A stretch of DNA of 64,000 bases from positions 32,569-96,568 of the forward strand of contig NZ_JANPAB010000030.1 of NCBI RefSeq assembly GCF_031429695.1. The letters are read 5' to 3'. Under the pieces are notes generated by a model that saw only the letters and a list, made by a program, of their open reading frames with translations, had not been told where the DNA came from and did not search any database. Made by a program: the position numbers and the translations under genes. The stretch is from Sphaerotilus sp. (GTDB lineage: Bacteria > Pseudomonadota > Gammaproteobacteria > Burkholderiales > Burkholderiaceae_C). This document shows positions 60,135 to 64,000 of the stretch, in pieces; the stretch's first letter is position 1, and every line of letters begins with the position of its first letter.

Positions 60135-61367
60135 ATGAACGCCAACGCCGGCCCCCTGTCCCATGTGAAGGTTCTCGACCTGAGCCGCATCCTGGCCGCA
60201 CCTTGGGCGGCGCAGATCCTCGCGGATCTGGGCGCCGAGGTGATCAAGGTCGAGCGGCCCCAGGTCGGCGACGACACGCGCGCATGGGGCCCGCCCTTCC
60301 TGAAGGGCCCCGACGGCAAGGACACCAAGGAAGCCGGCTACTACCTGGCCGTGAACCGTGGCAAGCGCTCGATCACGGTCAGTCTCGACAAGCCCGAGGG
60401 CCAGCGCATCGTGCGTGAACTGGCGCTGCAGGCGGACATCGTGCTGGAGAACTACAAGGCCGGCACGCTGGAGCGTTATGGCCTCGACGAGGCCTCGCTG
60501 CGCAAGATCAATCCCCGCCTCATCTACTGCTCCGTCACCGGTTTCGGCCAGACCGGACCGCGCCGCGACCAGCCCGCCTACGACTTCCTGATCCAGGCCA
60601 TGGGCGGCCTGATGAGCGTGACCGGAGAGAAGGACGGACGGCCCGGCGGCGGTCCGCAAAAGGTCGGCATTCCCATCGTCGATCTGATGACCGGCATGTA
60701 CGCTGCCGTGTCGGTGCTCGCGGCACTGGCCCGCCGCAACGAGACGGGCACGGGGGACTACATCGACATCGCGATGCTCGATGTGCAGGTCGCCACGTTG
60801 TCCAACCAGGCGATGAATTACCTGGTGTCGGGCAAGGTGCCCAGACGCAATGGCAATGCGCATCCGAACATCCAGCCCCAGGACGTGTACGCCTGTGCCG
60901 ATGGCGACGTGATCCTGGTCGTCGGCAATGATGGCCAGTTCGCCAGGCTCTGCGAGGTGTTCGGGCGCACCGAATGGGCCAGCGATGAACGTTTCGCGAC
61001 CAACGCACAGCGCGTGCGCCACATTGGCGAGTTGTCGGCCATGCTGTGCAGCGTGTTTGGCGCGTGGGAGCGCGAGCGGCTGATCGCCGCACTCGATGCC
61101 GCCGGCGTGCCTTGCGGGGCGATCAACTCGGTGGCCAACGTTTTCGAGGATCCGCAGGTGAAGGCCCGCGGCATGTTGAAGCATGTGCCGCATCCGAGCG
61201 GTGTCGACGTGCCGCAGGTGGCGACGCCGATGCGTTTCTCCGACACGCCGCTGCAGTCCCGGAGCGCGCCGCCGCTGCTGGGCCAGCACAGCGACGACAT
61301 CCTTGCCGAACTGGGCTACGGCGCCGCCGACATCGCCGCGTTGCGCGCGACAGGAGCCATCGGATGA
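60135..61367 (+). CDS. CaiB/BaiF family III CoA-transferase
   Basis: DLGAEVIKVE, GDDTR, NRGK, PAYD, HPNIQP. Confidence 0.93.
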   Translation: MNANAGPLSHVKVLDLSRILAAPWAAQILADLGAEVIKVERPQVGDDTRAWGPPFLKGPDGKDTKEAGYYLAVNRGKRSITVSLDKPEGQRIVRELALQADIVLENYKAGTLERYGLDEASLRKINPRLIYCSVTGFGQTGPRRDQPAYDFLIQAMGGLMSVTGEKDGRPGGGPQKVGIPIVDLMTGMYAAVSVLAALARRNETGTGDYIDIAMLDVQVATLSNQAMNYLVSGKVPRRNGNAHPNIQPQDVYACADGDVILVVGNDGQFARLCEVFGRTEWASDERFATNAQRVRHIGELSAMLCSVFGAWERERLIAALDAAGVPCGAINSVANVFEDPQVKARGMLKHVPHPSGVDVPQVATPMRFSDTPLQSRSAPPLLGQHSDDILAELGYGAADIAALRATGAIG

Positions 61368-61969
61368 AGCTGCACTGGTCACCCAAATCGCCCTACGTCC
61401 GCAAGGTGATGGTCTGCGCCCATGAACTGGGGCTGGAGGACCGGATGGAGCTGGTGCGTTCGGTCGCGGCGATGCTCAAGCCGAACGAGCGCCTGATGCA
61501 GGACAACCCGCTGTCCAAGATTCCGACCCTGGTGCTGGACGATGGCTTCGTGTTGTTCGACTCGGTCGTCATCTGCGAGTACCTGAACGACCTCGGCGGC
61601 GGAACGCTGTTCCCCTCGCAAGGCACCGACAAGTGGCAGGCACTGCGGTGGCATGCCCTGGGCGACGGACTGCTCGACGCGCTGATCCTTTGGCGCAACG
61701 AGCGTGAACGGGCGGTGCCGCTCGCAGTGCTGCTCGATGCCTTCGAACTGAAGGTGCGGGCGACGCTGCAGCAGCTCGACGACGAGGCCCAGGCGCTCAA
61801 CGAGACGGTCTTCTCCATCGGCCACGTTGCCGTCGGCTGCGCCCTGGGCTACCTGGACTACCGCTTCGACACCCTGGATTGGCGCGGCGCCGCACCACGC
61901 CTGGCGGAGTGGTACGCCGAGACCCGCGCGCGTCCGTCCCTTCAGAACACGGAACCGGTCGATGGCTGA
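61364..61969 (+). CDS. Glutathione S-transferase family protein
   Basis: SPYVRKV, NPLSKIPTL, DSVVICEYL. Confidence 0.9.
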   Translation: MKLHWSPKSPYVRKVMVCAHELGLEDRMELVRSVAAMLKPNERLMQDNPLSKIPTLVLDDGFVLFDSVVICEYLNDLGGGTLFPSQGTDKWQALRWHALGDGLLDALILWRNERERAVPLAVLLDAFELKVRATLQQLDDEAQALNETVFSIGHVAVGCALGYLDYRFDTLDWRGAAPRLAEWYAETRARPSLQNTEPVDG

Positions 61970-61984
61970 TCGGGTGCCGCCGGC

Positions 61985-62788
61985 TCAGCCGTACAGCGCC
62001 GACGGGTTGTGGACCAGGATCTGTTCGACCAGCGCGGGGCTGGCGGTCCAGCGCTTGAACGTGTCCAGCAGGAGGGCCGCGTCGGGACTGGGCACCACAC
62101 GCAGATGCGGCCAATCGCTGCCCCACAGCAAGCGCTGCGGATTGGCCCGCAGCAAGGCCTCGTGGAAAGGCCGGCACGGCGCCAGGTCGGTGGCCGGCAG
62201 CAGGTTGCGATAGGCACACAGCTTGACCCAGGCGTGGCCAGCGTTCACCAGCGACAACAGGCAGGCAAAACCGGGTTCGTCGACTCCGGCGTGCGCATCG
62301 AAGCCCCCCATGTGATCGATGACCACGGGCACCGGCAACTGACGCAAGCGATCGGCAATGTCGGGCAGCACCTTGCAGTCGGTCCACAGCTCGGCGTGCA
62401 GCCCCGCATCGGCCAGTTGCGGCGCCATGCGGAGCAGGTCGTCTAACGAGGCACTGCCCGCGAAGTTGGCACCAGCGCCGCTGCGGTGGCTGAAGCGCGC
62501 CGCGCGGATGCCCTTGTCGCGCAGTCCCTTCAGCGTGGGCAGGGTGTCCGGCCGCAGCACGAGCACGCCGCGCAGTTGCGGATGGGCGGCCAGCGCATCG
62601 AAGACCAGCGAGTGGTCATCGCCGCAGGCGCTCGGATGCACGAGCACGCCGTGCGACAAGCCCAGGCGCGCCAGCAGCGCCAGGTAAGCCGGAGCCGGCG
62701 CTTCGGGCGGCGTGTAACTGCGCTCGGCCGCGAGCGGGTAGCGCGCGTACGGGCCGAACAGGTGGGCGTGGCAGTCCCAGCCCGCCAT
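61985..62788 (-). CDS. Amidohydrolase_2 family protein (LigI-like)
   Basis: DCHAH, DHMG, WGSDWPH. Confidence 0.85.
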   Translation of the reverse strand: MAGWDCHAHLFGPYARYPLAAERSYTPPEAPAPAYLALLARLGLSHGVLVHPSACGDDHSLVFDALAAHPQLRGVLVLRPDTLPTLKGLRDKGIRAARFSHRSGAGANFAGSASLDDLLRMAPQLADAGLHAELWTDCKVLPDIADRLRQLPVPVVIDHMGGFDAHAGVDEPGFACLLSLVNAGHAWVKLCAYRNLLPATDLAPCRPFHEALLRANPQRLLWGSDWPHLRVVPSPDAALLLDTFKRWTASPALVEQILVHNPSALYG

Positions 62789-63357
62789 CACGACCTCTGC
62801 CTCTGCGGCAAGGGGAACGCAGGCTCCACGCCTTCGGGCAAGGGAATCTCGTGCGCATTGAGCGTCATCGCGACCATCGTGTAGTAACCCACCAGCGCCG
62901 TCAGCTCGACCAGCTTGCGCTCGCCCAGCCGTGCCAGCGCGTCGGCATAGGTGGCATCGGCAATCGAGTGGCACGCGTTGAGTTCGACAGCAACCTGCAC
63001 GATGGCGGCGTCGTCTGCCGTCAGGCCCGCTGGCGGGGTTCGGGCCAGGATCGCTTCGATGACAGGCGCTTCGATGCCCACCCGCTCGGCCTCCAGGCGG
63101 TGCGCGTACCACTCGAAAGGTGAGTTGCAGGCACGGCCGGTGACAAGAATCGCCAGTTCCGACTGCCGCGGTGTCAAGGTGGTGTTGTAGCGCAGCAGTT
63201 CACCCAGGGCTTGCCAGCGGTCGGCAAGATCGGCGTTGTGCAGCGCGGCGCGCAACGGACCCTGGATCTTGCCGCGGCGGCCGGACACGATCTTGTCGTG
63301 GACGCGGCGCTGGTCGGCATCCATGGTTTCTGGCGTGGGCAAGGTGATGCGCGGCAT
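62788..63357 (-). CDS. Carboxymuconolactone decarboxylase family protein
   Basis: ELAILVTGR, FEWYAH, ELTALVGYY. Confidence 0.85.
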   Translation of the reverse strand: MPRITLPTPETMDADQRRVHDKIVSGRRGKIQGPLRAALHNADLADRWQALGELLRYNTTLTPRQSELAILVTGRACNSPFEWYAHRLEAERVGIEAPVIEAILARTPPAGLTADDAAIVQVAVELNACHSIADATYADALARLGERKLVELTALVGYYTMVAMTLNAHEIPLPEGVEPAFPLPQRQRS

Positions 63358-63442
63358 GGGGTCTCCTGGGGCACGTCCGAGCTTAGCGGGCCGAACGGCG
63401 CGGGCCAACGCAGCCCCGTGAAACCCAGCTATGCCTGTCCGG

Positions 63443-64000
63443 TCAAGGCAGCGTGCCTGGCTGCCACATGCCGGCCCGCGCCATGTCATCGACGATCGCG
63501 ACGATCTGCGACGCGACGGCGGTGACTGCGCGCGCCGGTCCCTTGGACTTCGAGCAGGCCATCGCCACCGTGCGCTGGAACGGCGGATCCACGATCCTGG
63601 CCGCCCGCAGGCGCCCGTCGGCGACCTCGCTCCACACGGCGTGCAGCGGCAGCACGGTGTAGAGCCGCTCGTTGGCGACGAGCGACTTCTGCAGCGGCAA
63701 CGAGTCTGCCTCGATGGCTGGCACCAGCGTGATGTGGTGTTGCCGGGCCACGGCATCCAGCGCCGTGCGCAGACCGTTCGGCGCACTGGGAAGGATGAAT
63801 GGCAATCCGTCCAATGCAGTGAACGGCACATCGGGGCCGGCGGCATGCCGGTCACCGGGAGGCCCGATGAGGTAACTGTCCACCACCGCCAGCGACTGTT
63901 CGGCGTCGGCCAGTGTTGGCCCGTAGCGGTACAGAATGGCGATGTCGATGCGTGCATCGGCGAGCCACTCTTCCACCTGACCGCTCGATCCTTCCAGCAC
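63443..64000 (-). CDS. LysR-family regulator, C-terminal part (5' end outside the window)
   Basis: EEWLADARIDIAIL, LPFILPS, NGLR. Confidence 0.8.
   Translation of the reverse strand: MLEGSSGQVEEWLADARIDIAILYRYGPTLADAEQSLAVVDSYLIGPPGDRHAAGPDVPFTALDGLPFILPSAPNGLRTALDAVARQHHITLVPAIEADSLPLQKSLVANERLYTVLPLHAVWSEVADGRLRAARIVDPPFQRTVAMACSKSKGPARAVTAVASQIVAIVDDMARAGMWQPGTLP

Noticed and set aside
59076-61382. 768-aa minus-strand ORF
   Set aside because: Overlaps clearly recognisable Bug and CoA-transferase genes in other frames.

Overview
High-GC bacterial chromosomal window with no rRNA, tRNA, CRISPR array or transposase recognised. Gene content suggests Betaproteobacteria/Burkholderiales (inference). 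In order: eutBC; an L-threonate/tetronate catabolic cluster (ltnD-otnK-otnC-otnI) interrupted by two antisense toxin-antitoxin pairs (VapBC, RES-Xre); azoR/LysR; creA; HMG-CoA lyase-like; S9 peptidase; frmA-fghA; a protein made almost wholly of 20-aa LRR-like repeats; a DUF1328/CHASE3-kinase locus; a B12 radical SAM gene; a three-gene patatin + CHAT-like protease + MBL hydrolase operon; a GAF-HK-REC-HPt-REC-EAL signalling locus; pstSCAB-phoU-phoBR with Pho boxes; an ars operon; an OmpA lipoprotein with a membrane pseudokinase; an orphan ATP-grasp; CAP and secreted glycoside-hydrolase-like proteins; and a tannase/Bug/CoA-transferase catabolic cluster. The best candidate for an undescribed system is the patatin-CHAT-MBL operon (24233-28567), a possible protease-gated defence or conflict module. 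All calls rest on motif recognition by eye; no database searches were run.
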